Shown: positions 18,691 to 27,818 of the stretch, one piece after another
Position numbering within the stretch: the first letter of the stretch is position 1
How the letters are laid out: each line of letters begins with the position of its first letter
NCBI GenBank assembly: GCA_004321885.1
Contig: SCQK01000007.1
Location: forward strand, 150,540-214,539
DNA from: Patescibacteria group bacterium
GTDB lineage: Bacteria; Patescibacteriota; Patescibacteriia; Magasanikbacterales; GWA2-37-8
Reading direction: 5' to 3'
DNA length: 64,000 bases
Translations under genes and position numbers: made by a program
The notes under the pieces: model-generated
What the model was told of the DNA's origin: nothing
What the model saw: the letters and a program-made list of their open reading frames with translations, nothing else
The model's database searches: none

Positions 18691-20910
18691 ATGTCCACTC
18701 TCGTCATCGTGGAATCGCCCACCAAGGCAAAAACCATTTCCAAATTTCTCGGCAAAGACTACACAGTGAAGTCGTCTTTCGGGCATCTGCGCGATTTGCC
18801 CAAAAGCAAACTGGGCGTGGATACGGAACACAACTTTGAACCGCACTACATCGTGAGCCGCGCCAAGACCAAAATCGCCAAGGAACTGAAATCAGCGGCC
18901 AAAAAATGCGATGAAGTGCTATTCGCCACTGATGAAGACCGCGAGGGCGAGGCCATTTCCTGGCACCTGGCCTTTATTTTAGACATAGACCCGGAAGACG
19001 CCAAGCGCATTGTTTTTCATGAGATAACCAAAACAGCCATCACCCACGCCCTGCAAAATCCCCGCCCCCTGGACATGAAGATGGTGCACGCCCAGCAGGC
19101 CCGCCGCGTGCTGGACCGCCTGGTCGGCTACGAACTCTCGCCTTTCCTGTGGCGCAAAGTGGCGCGCGGGCTGTCGGCCGGACGGGTGCAATCCGTGGCC
19201 GTGCGCCTGATCTGCGAACGCGAACGCGAAATCCAGGCCTTCAAATCCGAAGAATACTGGACCCTGGAAGGAACTTTTATAGCGCCCGAAAAAGCCGGGG
19301 AACCAAAAGAATTTTCCGCCAAACTTTTTTCCATGCCGGGCAAAAAGCTGGAAAAACTTGACCTCAAAAACAAAGAACAAATTGACAAAATTTTATCCGA
19401 CTTAAAAGACGCGCGCTACGCCGTCGCCGGCGTGGAAGAAAAAAAAATAAAGCGCGTTCCCCCGCCCCCGTTCACCACTTCCGCGCTCCAGCAGGAAGCG
19501 CATCACCGGCTGGGATTTTCGGCCAAGCAGACAATGATGCTGGCCCAGCAATTATACGAGGGCGTGGAACTGACCGGCGAGGGCGCGGCCGGTCTTATCA
19601 CCTACATGAGAACCGACTCGGTAAACCTGTCGGAAAAATTTTTGGACGACGCCAAAAATTATGTGCAAAAAACTTTTGGCAGCCAATATGCCCTAACGGC
19701 TCCGCGAGTCTTTCGCAACAAAAGCAAAAACGCGCAGGAAGCGCACGAATCAATCCGCCCCACCGAAGCCGGCCGCGCGCCCGACCAGCTGAAAGACCAT
19801 TTGGAAAAAAATCAATTCAGGCTTTACGATTTAATCTGGCGCCGCGCCCTGGCCACGCAAATGGCCGCGGCCGAGCTCAAAGCCACGGCCATAGACATTG
19901 CCTGTGACAAAAATTATGATTTCAAAGCCAACGGCCAGCAAATTATTTTTGACGGCTTTTTGCAATTGTATCCGGACAAATCAAAAGAAAACTATTTGCC
20001 GCGCCTGAAAAAAGACGACGAAGTAAGTTGCAAAGAATTAAAACCCGAACAGCACTTCACCGAGCCGCCGGCGCGCTACAACGACGCCACGCTCGTGAAA
20101 ACCCTGGAAGATTACGGCATCGGCCGGCCTTCCACCTACGCCCCCACCATCGCCACCATAGAAGACCGCGGCTACATTGAACGCGACGACAAAAAACGGC
20201 TGGCGCCCAAAGAAATCGCTTTTTTGGTAAACGATTTGCTGGTCAAACATTTCCCTCATGTCGTTGATTTCAAATTCACGGCCGAAATAGAAGACAGCCT
20301 GGACCAAATCGCGCGCGGCCAAAAACAGTGGCAGCCGGTGGTGGCGGATTTCTACGGGCCCTTTGAAAAAAATCTGCGCCAAAAAGACCAGGAACTGAAA
20401 AAAAGCGACATCGCGCAGGAAAAAACAGACGAGGTATGCGAAAAATGCGGGTCGCCCATGCTCATCAAAATGGGGCGCTTCGGCAAATTTATGGCCTGCT
20501 CCAATTTCCCGGAATGCAAAAACACCAAAAATCTAAACGGCGGCAAAAGCGCCGAGCCAGAGCCCACCGACGAGATATGCGAAAAATGCGGGTCGCCCAT
20601 GCTAAAACGTCAGGGCCGCTATGGCCCCTTCCTGGGCTGTTCCAAATATCCGGCCTGCAAAAATATCAAAAATATTGACGTAAAAATAAACCTTAAATGC
20701 CCAAAGTGCGGCGCGGGCGACGTGGTGGCCAAGCGCAGCAAGCGCGGCAAAACTTTTTACGGCTGTAACCGCTACCCGGACTGCGATTTCGCCCTGTGGG
20801 ATAAACCGACGGGCGAATTGTGCCCTGACTGCGGCAAGCCCCTGGTGTTCGGCAAAGAAAAAACCAGATGCTCAAACAAAGAATGCTCATACGAAAAAAA
20901 TCCCGCTTAA
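18691..20910 (+). CDS. topA: DNA topoisomerase I
   Basis: TOPRIM N-terminus (MSTLVIVESPTKAKT), Tyr domain, several C-terminal C4 zinc ribbons (CEKCGSPM repeated). Confidence 0.9.
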   Translation: MSTLVIVESPTKAKTISKFLGKDYTVKSSFGHLRDLPKSKLGVDTEHNFEPHYIVSRAKTKIAKELKSAAKKCDEVLFATDEDREGEAISWHLAFILDIDPEDAKRIVFHEITKTAITHALQNPRPLDMKMVHAQQARRVLDRLVGYELSPFLWRKVARGLSAGRVQSVAVRLICEREREIQAFKSEEYWTLEGTFIAPEKAGEPKEFSAKLFSMPGKKLEKLDLKNKEQIDKILSDLKDARYAVAGVEEKKIKRVPPPPFTTSALQQEAHHRLGFSAKQTMMLAQQLYEGVELTGEGAAGLITYMRTDSVNLSEKFLDDAKNYVQKTFGSQYALTAPRVFRNKSKNAQEAHESIRPTEAGRAPDQLKDHLEKNQFRLYDLIWRRALATQMAAAELKATAIDIACDKNYDFKANGQQIIFDGFLQLYPDKSKENYLPRLKKDDEVSCKELKPEQHFTEPPARYNDATLVKTLEDYGIGRPSTYAPTIATIEDRGYIERDDKKRLAPKEIAFLVNDLLVKHFPHVVDFKFTAEIEDSLDQIARGQKQWQPVVADFYGPFEKNLRQKDQELKKSDIAQEKTDEVCEKCGSPMLIKMGRFGKFMACSNFPECKNTKNLNGGKSAEPEPTDEICEKCGSPMLKRQGRYGPFLGCSKYPACKNIKNIDVKINLKCPKCGAGDVVAKRSKRGKTFYGCNRYPDCDFALWDKPTGELCPDCGKPLVFGKEKTRCSNKECSYEKNPA

Positions 20911-20926
20911 AACGGGATTTTTGTTT
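20898..20926 (+). terminator. rho-independent terminator (stem aaatcccg/cgggattt, then T-run) overlapping the topA stop
   Basis: aaatcccgcttaaaacgggatttttgttt. Confidence 0.55.
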
Positions 20927-20939
20927 CCGCCCGCCGCAG

Positions 20940-20967
20940 TTGAAAAAAGAAGCGAAGCCTGTATAAT
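20940..20967 (+). promoter_or_regulatory. promoter TTGAAA-16-TATAAT; predicted start lands on the rel ATG (leaderless transcript)
   Basis: -10 ends 7 nt before ATG 20975. Confidence 0.5.
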
Positions 20968-20974
20968 GGAAGTT

Positions 20975-22477
20975 ATGCGCGAAATCATTCTCAAAAACGA
21001 CCCGGAACTCAAGGACCTCCTGGATGAACTAAAAAATTATTGCCGCAAAGACGACCTGATAATGGCTCGCCTGGTTTATGATTTCGCGGACAAGGCGCAT
21101 GAGGGGCAGATGCGCAAATCAGGCGTGCCGTACATAAAGCATTGTCTGGCCACGGCCTACATTTTGGCCAAAATGAAGATTGACATCGGCATTATTATCG
21201 CCGCTCTGCTTCACGACGTGCCCGAGGACACCCATGTCACGCTGGAAGAAGTGGAGAAAAATTTCGGCCATGACGTGGCCTCGCTGGTAAAAGGCGTCAC
21301 CAAATTGGGCAAGCTGAAATATCGCGGCGTGGAAAGATACATTGAGAACCTGCGCAAAATGTTCGTGGCCATGGCCGAAGACATCCGCGTAATGATTATA
21401 AAATTCGCGGACCGCATCAACAACCTGGCCACGCTCGACGCCCTGCCGCCCAAAAAACGCCACCGCATCGCTCTGGAAAGCCTGGAAATTTACGCCCCCA
21501 TTGCCAACCGCCTGGGTATGGGCGAATTCAAAAGTCTACTGGAGGATTTGTCTTTTCCGCATATCTATCCCAAAGAATATGAAAAAGTTTTTCAAGTCAG
21601 ACAAGATTACCTGGCCGGACAGCAGGCCTATTTGGACCGGGTGATGCAAATCGCGAGGGAAGAAATGACCGCCGCCGGCATCAATTGGAGCGACGTGCAC
21701 GGCCGCGAAAAAACCTTGTACAGTTTGTATAAAAAAATACTGAGCAAGGGCTGGGACAACGTGGACAAAGTGTACGACATCGTGGCCATCAGAATCATCG
21801 TGGGCGACGTAGGCGACTGCTACGCGGCCCTGGGCATTATCCACAAACTGTGGCGCCCGCTCAAAGGCAGAATAAAAGATTATATATCCCAGCCCAAGCC
21901 CAACGGCTACAAATCATTGCACACCACGGTTTTTTGCGCCGAGGGCAGAATCGTGGAATTTCAGATTCGCGACGCGGAAATGCACGGCGAGGCCGAGCAC
22001 GGCATCGCCGCCCACTGGCATTACGACGAACAGGGCGCTAAAATTCCGGCGCGCGACATCAACTGGGCCGTGGAGCTGGCTTCCATCCAAAAAAATATTT
22101 TGGAAAAAATTTCCGACCTCAACGAGCTGAAAGTGGACTTTTTCCGCAACCGCATTTTTGTTTTCACCCCCCAGGGCGACGTGATGGACCTGCCCGAAGA
22201 CGCCACGCCCATTGATTTCGCCTACAACATTCACACCGACGTGGGCAACCATTGCAACGGCGCCAAGGTCAATGACCAGATGGTCTCTCTGGATGCGCCC
22301 TTAAAAAGCGGGGACGTGGTGGAGATTATTATGGACAAAAACCGCAAAGGCCCCAGCCCGGACTGGCTGAAAACCGTAAAAACCCACTCAGCCAAATCGC
22401 GCATCAAATCCAATCTCAAACATAGCCGCTCGTCTTTGTGGCTGCAAATGATTTTGCCGAAGCCGAAGAAGAAGTGA
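20975..22477 (+). CDS. rel: RelA/SpoT-homolog (p)ppGpp synthetase/hydrolase (short RSH with HD, synthetase and TGS domains)
   Basis: HD motif, RelA_SpoT synthetase region, TGS domain (RIFVFTPQGDVMDLP). Confidence 0.8.
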   Translation: MREIILKNDPELKDLLDELKNYCRKDDLIMARLVYDFADKAHEGQMRKSGVPYIKHCLATAYILAKMKIDIGIIIAALLHDVPEDTHVTLEEVEKNFGHDVASLVKGVTKLGKLKYRGVERYIENLRKMFVAMAEDIRVMIIKFADRINNLATLDALPPKKRHRIALESLEIYAPIANRLGMGEFKSLLEDLSFPHIYPKEYEKVFQVRQDYLAGQQAYLDRVMQIAREEMTAAGINWSDVHGREKTLYSLYKKILSKGWDNVDKVYDIVAIRIIVGDVGDCYAALGIIHKLWRPLKGRIKDYISQPKPNGYKSLHTTVFCAEGRIVEFQIRDAEMHGEAEHGIAAHWHYDEQGAKIPARDINWAVELASIQKNILEKISDLNELKVDFFRNRIFVFTPQGDVMDLPEDATPIDFAYNIHTDVGNHCNGAKVNDQMVSLDAPLKSGDVVEIIMDKNRKGPSPDWLKTVKTHSAKSRIKSNLKHSRSSLWLQMILPKPKKK

Positions 22478-22479
22478 AT

Positions 22480-23328
22480 TTACGGCCCCTTGGTGATGCG
22501 CTTGATGAGGCGCGCTAATTCCTCCCGGGAATAAAAATCAATGTGAATAGCGCCGCGCTCTCCCCTTTTGGTGATGTTTACTCGCGTGCTTAAAATGCCG
22601 CGCAATTCGTCTTCCAAAAAAGATAAATTCGGGTCGCGCTTTTTTTTATTTAAGGTAACTTTGCTCGCTTCTCTTTCTGTTTCGGCAGAAGACATTTTCC
22701 CGGCCAGCATGGTGGCCAATGCCGCCATTTGTTTTTTGACATCGGGAAAAGCCAATAGGGCGCGCGCCTGAGCATAGCCTATCTGTTCTTTTATCAGGGC
22801 TTCTTTGGCTGGCTCGGGCAAATCCAGCAAACGGATGGTATTGGAAATCACGGGCCGGCTTTTGCCCACGCGCTTGCCAATGTCTTCGTGCGAAATGCCA
22901 AACTCTTTGTGCAGACGGCTATACGCGAAAGCCTTTTCTATGGGATTCAGGTCTTCGCGCTGGATGTTTTCTATCAAAGCCACTTCCAACTTTTGCTTGT
23001 CCGGCAATTCTTTAATAATAGCCGGCACCGTGGCCAGACGCAAAAGCTGGGCCGCGCGCAAGCGGCGCTCGCCGGCCACCAGCTCATAGCCGCCGTCGGC
23101 CTTTTCCGTAACCAACAGGGGCTGTAAAATGCCATGCTCTTTGATGGAATCAGCCAGCTCGCCCAGCTCTGGCTCGCTGAAATTTTTGCGCGGCTGATGC
23201 GGATTGGGCGCAATGGCATGAGCCGGAATCTGCCAAATTTTGCTTTGGTTTTCATTGCCGGCGCTTGGCTTGTTTTTTTTGGATGAAGTGGGCGTGATAA
23301 GCGCGCCCAAACCGCGACCTAATGACAT
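22480..23328 (-). CDS. parB: chromosome partitioning protein ParB/Spo0J
   Basis: GERRLRAA ParB box; HTH. Confidence 0.85.
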   Translation of the reverse strand: MSLGRGLGALITPTSSKKNKPSAGNENQSKIWQIPAHAIAPNPHQPRKNFSEPELGELADSIKEHGILQPLLVTEKADGGYELVAGERRLRAAQLLRLATVPAIIKELPDKQKLEVALIENIQREDLNPIEKAFAYSRLHKEFGISHEDIGKRVGKSRPVISNTIRLLDLPEPAKEALIKEQIGYAQARALLAFPDVKKQMAALATMLAGKMSSAETEREASKVTLNKKKRDPNLSFLEDELRGILSTRVNITKRGERGAIHIDFYSREELARLIKRITKGP

Positions 23329-23334
23329 AAAATG

Positions 23335-23375
23335 TACCCCCTACCTAACCTCCCCCTTATTAAGGGGGAGGACAT
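23335..23375. promoter_or_regulatory. CCCTCC/GGAGGG hairpin element between parA stop and parB start; provides AGGGGGT SD 7 nt before the parB ATG
   Basis: taccccctacctaacctcccccttattaagggggaggacat. Confidence 0.55.
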
Positions 23376-24139
23376 TATTCAAACGCTCCCAATAATTCCC
23401 TGGCCAGCCGCTCGTAGGCCTTGGCCGCTTTGCCGCCGTTGTCGTAATGAAAAATACTCTGCCCGAAACTGGGGGCCTCGGCCAAACGCACGGTGCGCGG
23501 AATCACGGACCGGAAAATATTATTGGGAAAAAATTTGTAAAGCTCGTTCATCACTTCGCCCGACAGGCTGTTGCGCGGGTCATACATGGTGAGCACGGCG
23601 CCGAGCACTTTCAGGTCCGGCTTCAAACTCTCGCGCACCAGGTCTATAGTTTTCAAGAGCTGGCCCAAACCTTCCAGGGCGTAATACTCGGCTTGCACCG
23701 GAATAAGCACGTGGGTGGCGGCAATGAGCCCGTTTAGGGTTAAAAGGCCAAGCGACGGCGGGCAGTCTATAATAATATAGTCGTAAGCGTGCGCCACTTC
23801 CGAGAGAGCATCAGCCAGTTTGTTCTCGCGCCCTTCCATATTTACCAGCTCCACGCTGGCGCCGGCTAAATCCGGCGTGGCCGGGGCCACGCGCAAACCG
23901 GCATGGCCAGTGTTGAGCACAATATCGTGCAGGCGGGCCTGGCCGGAAATGGTGTGATAAAGGCCTTTTTCAAGCTCTTGATGTTTTATGCCCAGTCCCG
24001 AAGTGGCATTGCCCTGCGGGTCCAAATCAACCAGAAGCACAAACTTGCCTTCTTCGGCCAAAGCCGCGGCCAGATTGATGGCCGTGGTGGTTTTCCCCAC
24101 TCCCCCTTTTTGATTCACGATGGAAATAATCTGCGGCAT
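23375..24139 (-). CDS. parA: chromosome partitioning ATPase ParA/Soj
   Basis: MPQIISIVNQKGGVGKTTTAINLAAALA deviant Walker A. Confidence 0.85.
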   Translation of the reverse strand: MPQIISIVNQKGGVGKTTTAINLAAALAEEGKFVLLVDLDPQGNATSGLGIKHQELEKGLYHTISGQARLHDIVLNTGHAGLRVAPATPDLAGASVELVNMEGRENKLADALSEVAHAYDYIIIDCPPSLGLLTLNGLIAATHVLIPVQAEYYALEGLGQLLKTIDLVRESLKPDLKVLGAVLTMYDPRNSLSGEVMNELYKFFPNNIFRSVIPRTVRLAEAPSFGQSIFHYDNGGKAAKAYERLARELLGAFE

Positions 24140-24148
24140 ACCAAAATT

Positions 24149-24176
24149 ATCATTCCAGCCCACGAGCTGGAATCCA
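24149..24176. promoter_or_regulatory. TCATTCCAGC-CCACGA-GCTGGAATCC palindrome 10-37 nt upstream of the parA start (repeat-family member, possible operator)
   Basis: atcattccagcccacgagctggaatcca. Confidence 0.45.
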
Positions 24177-24252
24177 TTTGTCAACAATAGTATATCATAA
24201 AAGCAAACGCGGATAAAGGGCTTCTACGTTTGTTTTTAATTTTACGTCAGGG

Positions 24253-24840
24253 CTACGCCCTTTTCTCAAACCGTTTTTGCGCGACGGACCAATCCAAAAC
24301 CCTAAAAAAAGCGGCGATATAATCGGCTCGTTTCGCGCCATAGTCAATCAGATAGGCGTGCTCAAAAACATCCAGGGGCAAGATGGGCAAAGCGCCGGCC
24401 AAATGCCCGATGTGGTGCTCGTTTATCCAGGCATTTGTTAATCGGTTTTCCACGGCGTCATAATAAAGAATGGTCCAGCCAATGCCGCGCATGGCCGCGG
24501 TGGCGCGAAAATCCGTTTCCCAGTTTTCATAAGAGCCAAAATCCTCAACCATTTTTTCGTGCAAAGGCGACATGGTGTCAAGCGGCGTGGAATTTTTTGA
24601 GAGTTGACCAAAATAATATTCATGCAAGCGCATGCCGTTAAACTCCCAGCCAAAGCGGCGCTTTAATTCGGCAAACCCGGGCGTATCTGTTTTACCCTCG
24701 CCCCTCATTTTTTCCAAAATATCCATGAGTTTGTTGGCATTGGCGACATACCCTTGATAAAGTGAGAAATGTGTTTGCAGGGCCCGGTCGCTAAAACCCT
24801 CCAAACCCAACAGGGCCTCGTAATTTTTCGCTTCGTACAT
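24253..24840 (-). CDS. sod: Fe/Mn superoxide dismutase
   Basis: SOD Fe/Mn N- and C-domains; DVFEHAYLIDYG metal-site motif. Confidence 0.85.
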   Translation of the reverse strand: MYEAKNYEALLGLEGFSDRALQTHFSLYQGYVANANKLMDILEKMRGEGKTDTPGFAELKRRFGWEFNGMRLHEYYFGQLSKNSTPLDTMSPLHEKMVEDFGSYENWETDFRATAAMRGIGWTILYYDAVENRLTNAWINEHHIGHLAGALPILPLDVFEHAYLIDYGAKRADYIAAFFRVLDWSVAQKRFEKRA

Positions 24841-24874
24841 ACGTTATAATTAAAAACTAAGAGCTAACAGGTAT

Positions 24875-24932
24875 GATATACTACCCGGCGCGTGGATGTC
24901 AAATTGACAAAAGACCAAAAATCAAATATACT
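24875..24932. promoter_or_regulatory. divergent promoter pair with back-to-back -35 palindrome TGTCAAATTGACA
   Basis: Plus strand TTGACA(24904-9)-17-TATACT(24927-32) for tRNA-Leu; minus strand TTGACA-16-TATATC (24875-80) for sod. Confidence 0.55.
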
Positions 24933-24952
24933 GTCCATAGTTTTTTGTGTTA

Positions 24953-25037
24953 GCCGAAGTGGCGGAATTGGCAGACGCGCACGACTCAAAATCGTGTTCC
25001 TTCGGGAGTGAGGGTTCGATTCCCTCCTTCGGCACCA
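24953..25037 (+). tRNA. tRNA-Leu (CAA), long variable arm, CCA encoded
   Basis: GCCGAAGTGGCGGAATTGG..., anticodon loop CTCAAAA; ends GGCACCA. Confidence 0.8.
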
Positions 25038-25071
25038 AAAAAATCCCCCCGGCTTATTCGGGGGGATTTTT

Positions 25072-26295
25072 TTATTCTTTCTTTTCCGCCGCATCTGCTG
25101 TTTCTTGCGATTGGCCTTCAGGCTGAATTTCTTCGGCCGGCTTCGCTTCTTCGGCCTTGGCCGCCGTGGCTTCAGCCGAGGCAGGCTTTTCTTCCTTCTT
25201 CTCTTCAGCTTTTCGCGCGCTTTTGCCTTTCACTCCGGCCGCGCGCAGGCCCAGGCGGTGCTCCATCGGCTCCAGCGACACAATCTCAAATTCTTTGGTT
25301 TCGCCCACCTTAAATTTGTCGTTTATATTCGCGATGGACTCGTCGGCCAGCTCGGAGATATGGGCCAGGCCGTGAATTTCCTTGTCCAGCGCCACCATCA
25401 GACCAAACGGCTCCACTTTCAAGATTTTGCCGCTTACCTTATCGCCCATTTTGTATTTTTCTTTCACGCTCTTCCATGGGTCATCCACCAGGCGCTTGAT
25501 GGACAAATAAATTTTGGAACGGTCCAGCTGGATAATTTGCGCTTTGATTTTGTCGCCCACTTTCAAAATATCCTTGGGGTGGTCTATTCTCTGCCAGGCG
25601 ATTTCGGAAATGTGCACCAGACCTTCCAGGTCATTGCCAAACCTGACAAAAGCCCCGAAAGAAGTGAGGGCGCTCACCTCGCCTTCCACCAGGTCGCCGA
25701 TTTTATACGATTCCAGCACGGCTTTTTGCGCGTCTTCCCAAACCGCTTTTTCCGACACAATCAATTTTTCTTCTTTCTCGTCTGCGTCAATCACTTTTAT
25801 CTCCAGCTCTTTGTTTATCAGTTCGCGCAATTTTTCCAAAATACGGCCCTTGTCGCCGCCGGCTACGCGCGGATAATGTTCGGGGCTAAGCTGGGAAACA
25901 GGCATAAAACCGGCCAGGGCTCCCACCTGCATCATCAGACCGCCCTTGTTGGCCGACAGCGCTTTGCCTTTCACGGCCAGGCCCTCGTTCATCCATTTCT
26001 TCACGTTGTCCCAGGCGCGCTGATAGCCGGCCACGCGGAAAGACAATTCCATTTCGCCGTTTTCGTTTTCCAGTTCCATTACCGTGGCTTCCACTTCATC
26101 GCCCACTTTCAAATTGCCGTACTCGCGCGATTCGGCAAACAGCTCGCGGCCGCGCACCACGCCCACGGTGAGGCCCTGCACGTCCAGCTGAATCTGGCCT
26201 TTTTCCACCGAGATGATTTTGCCTTTAATGACATCGCCCGCTTTGGGGATGTTGGCCGTGTGCGCCATTACTAAATTCTTAAAGTCATCGGACAT
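25072..26295 (-). CDS. rpsA: 30S ribosomal protein S1 (four S1 domains plus KE-rich tail)
   Basis: Repeated S1 OB-fold motifs. Confidence 0.8.
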   Translation of the reverse strand: MSDDFKNLVMAHTANIPKAGDVIKGKIISVEKGQIQLDVQGLTVGVVRGRELFAESREYGNLKVGDEVEATVMELENENGEMELSFRVAGYQRAWDNVKKWMNEGLAVKGKALSANKGGLMMQVGALAGFMPVSQLSPEHYPRVAGGDKGRILEKLRELINKELEIKVIDADEKEEKLIVSEKAVWEDAQKAVLESYKIGDLVEGEVSALTSFGAFVRFGNDLEGLVHISEIAWQRIDHPKDILKVGDKIKAQIIQLDRSKIYLSIKRLVDDPWKSVKEKYKMGDKVSGKILKVEPFGLMVALDKEIHGLAHISELADESIANINDKFKVGETKEFEIVSLEPMEHRLGLRAAGVKGKSARKAEEKKEEKPASAEATAAKAEEAKPAEEIQPEGQSQETADAAEKKE

Positions 26296-26440
26296 ATCTC
26301 AAACAAAAAAACCTCTCTTAACCCTTTCCGCTTGGCGGATGCGGGTGCCTGCCTCTAAATCGGGCCGGCTTATTTGTTTATATTGTATCCAAAGCTTACA
26401 ACAACCGGAAAAAAGTGTCAAGGCATAAAAAATCAATAGA

Positions 26441-26469
26441 CGGTGGGCGCTATAACGCTCCACCGTCCG
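26441..26469. terminator. bidirectional rho-independent terminator (GACGGTGG...CCACCGTC) with T-runs on both strands
   Basis: Between the 88-aa gene and the rpsA promoter region. Confidence 0.5.
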
Positions 26470-26505
26470 GCGTTTTTGTCTGGGAGCCTCCTATTCGCCT
26501 CATCT

Positions 26506-26772
26506 CTACTCACCTCCTTCCATTCGGACGAGGGCCCGAATGATGTCTGTAAACTCTCTGATCGCTTTGAGAGTCTCCGGTTCTCTGGCTGACTCTGCAC
26601 CAAAACGATGGTGGCCGTTCTGAATGGCCGCTTTCTGCGCTTCTTGCGCCACCACCACTTCCAACCGAAGCAAAGCTACGCCAAGCGGGCCGTTCACCAA
26701 CATATCCAGCAGTTCTTTTTCTGCCGGAAACAACTTTGCGGCTGTTGCCAGCAATGACGACGAGATTTGCAT
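26506..26772 (-). CDS. small hypothetical protein (88 aa)
   Basis: Strong SD (AAGGAGG plus 7 nt) before the ATG. Confidence 0.45.
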   Translation of the reverse strand: MQISSSLLATAAKLFPAEKELLDMLVNGPLGVALLRLEVVVAQEAQKAAIQNGHHRFGAESAREPETLKAIREFTDIIRALVRMEGGE

Positions 26773-26858
26773 TTCCTCCTCCTTTGTTTCCTCGTGCCGT
26801 TTCTCCCCAAAACGCCTATATTCTTATTACCACAATCAAAGAAAAATAACAAATCCGG

Positions 26859-27785
26859 CTACGGATTTAACTGCCACTGAAGAAGCACCGGGTCAAATGT
26901 GGTTGAAGTTATGTTAATCATTCCCGGCTGGAGCGTCTGCTGACCAGACGGCGGGGCCACTTGCGGCGGCGCGTTCGGATTTTTGTATTTCAGCGGGACA
27001 GATACAGTGTCAGACACCAGCTTCTTTGTCTGGTCGTAATAGAAAACGTATAAAATAAGCGTCTGGCCGTCGGTGAGACTGCCGGCTAAATTAATTTTTT
27101 TGCTGAAATCACCCCACAGGCCAGGCTCCAGCGCCCCCGGGCCGTTGGGAGAGTAAGCCGTGGCAACCTCGCTGAAATAGGCAACGCCGCCTGACTGCAC
27201 GCTGACCATAATTTCATCGCCGGCGCTGGCCAGCGAACTGCCGTATATTTTTGAATGGCCAATGACGTCAAAAGTGTTTCCCACTTCGGAATTTGAGGCG
27301 GGATGAGAAATAGTGATATTCGGCGGGGCCGGCGGACGCTCTTGTTCCGGAGCCGGCGGTTGTTGGCCGGGATTTTGAGCGGGCGGATTTTGACCCGGAG
27401 GCGGAGCCGGATTTTGCCCGGTACTGCCGCCAGACCCGGCGCCGCCGCTGCCGGCCCCCGCGACACCGGTGCCGGTCGACGAATTATTAGATGTATTGCC
27501 TGTCGGCTGATTCTGTTTTTGCCCGCCGGCTACCGACGTAGTGCCGCCTGTTGCCGCCGTGCCTCCCTGGGCGCTGCCTGCTGTAGCCGTAGCCGCGCCC
27601 TGCGCCCGGTCTCTGGCAACCTGCTCGCCAGACGGCCCCGCATTGTTTGCGTTCTTGTTTTTGCTAAAATAGCGCCCGGCCCCCAGACCCAGGGCCAAAG
27701 CCAAAATTATCGCTAACGCGACAATGAGGGCGCCTTTTTTACCTTTCTTTTTAATTTGCTCAGCCGATATTTGTTGTTCTGTCAT
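26859..27785 (-). CDS. membrane-anchored Gly/Pro/Ala-rich low-complexity protein (hypothetical)
   Basis: N-terminal TM; PPGQNPPAQNPGQQPP repeats. Confidence 0.4.
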   Translation of the reverse strand: MTEQQISAEQIKKKGKKGALIVALAIILALALGLGAGRYFSKNKNANNAGPSGEQVARDRAQGAATATAGSAQGGTAATGGTTSVAGGQKQNQPTGNTSNNSSTGTGVAGAGSGGAGSGGSTGQNPAPPPGQNPPAQNPGQQPPAPEQERPPAPPNITISHPASNSEVGNTFDVIGHSKIYGSSLASAGDEIMVSVQSGGVAYFSEVATAYSPNGPGALEPGLWGDFSKKINLAGSLTDGQTLILYVFYYDQTKKLVSDTVSVPLKYKNPNAPPQVAPPSGQQTLQPGMINITSTTFDPVLLQWQLNP

Positions 27786-27818
27786 ATGTAAATATTTACA
27801 TTGTTATACTACATTAAT

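Noticed and set aside
25105-26274. 389-aa + strand ORF
   Set aside because: Antisense to rpsA, whose four S1 domains are unambiguous.
26300-26440. S1 autoregulatory leader or promoter TTGACA-17-TAAGCT (minus strand) for rpsA
   Set aside because: Hexamers present but the -10 is weak; left out of the features. Worth start-site mapping.
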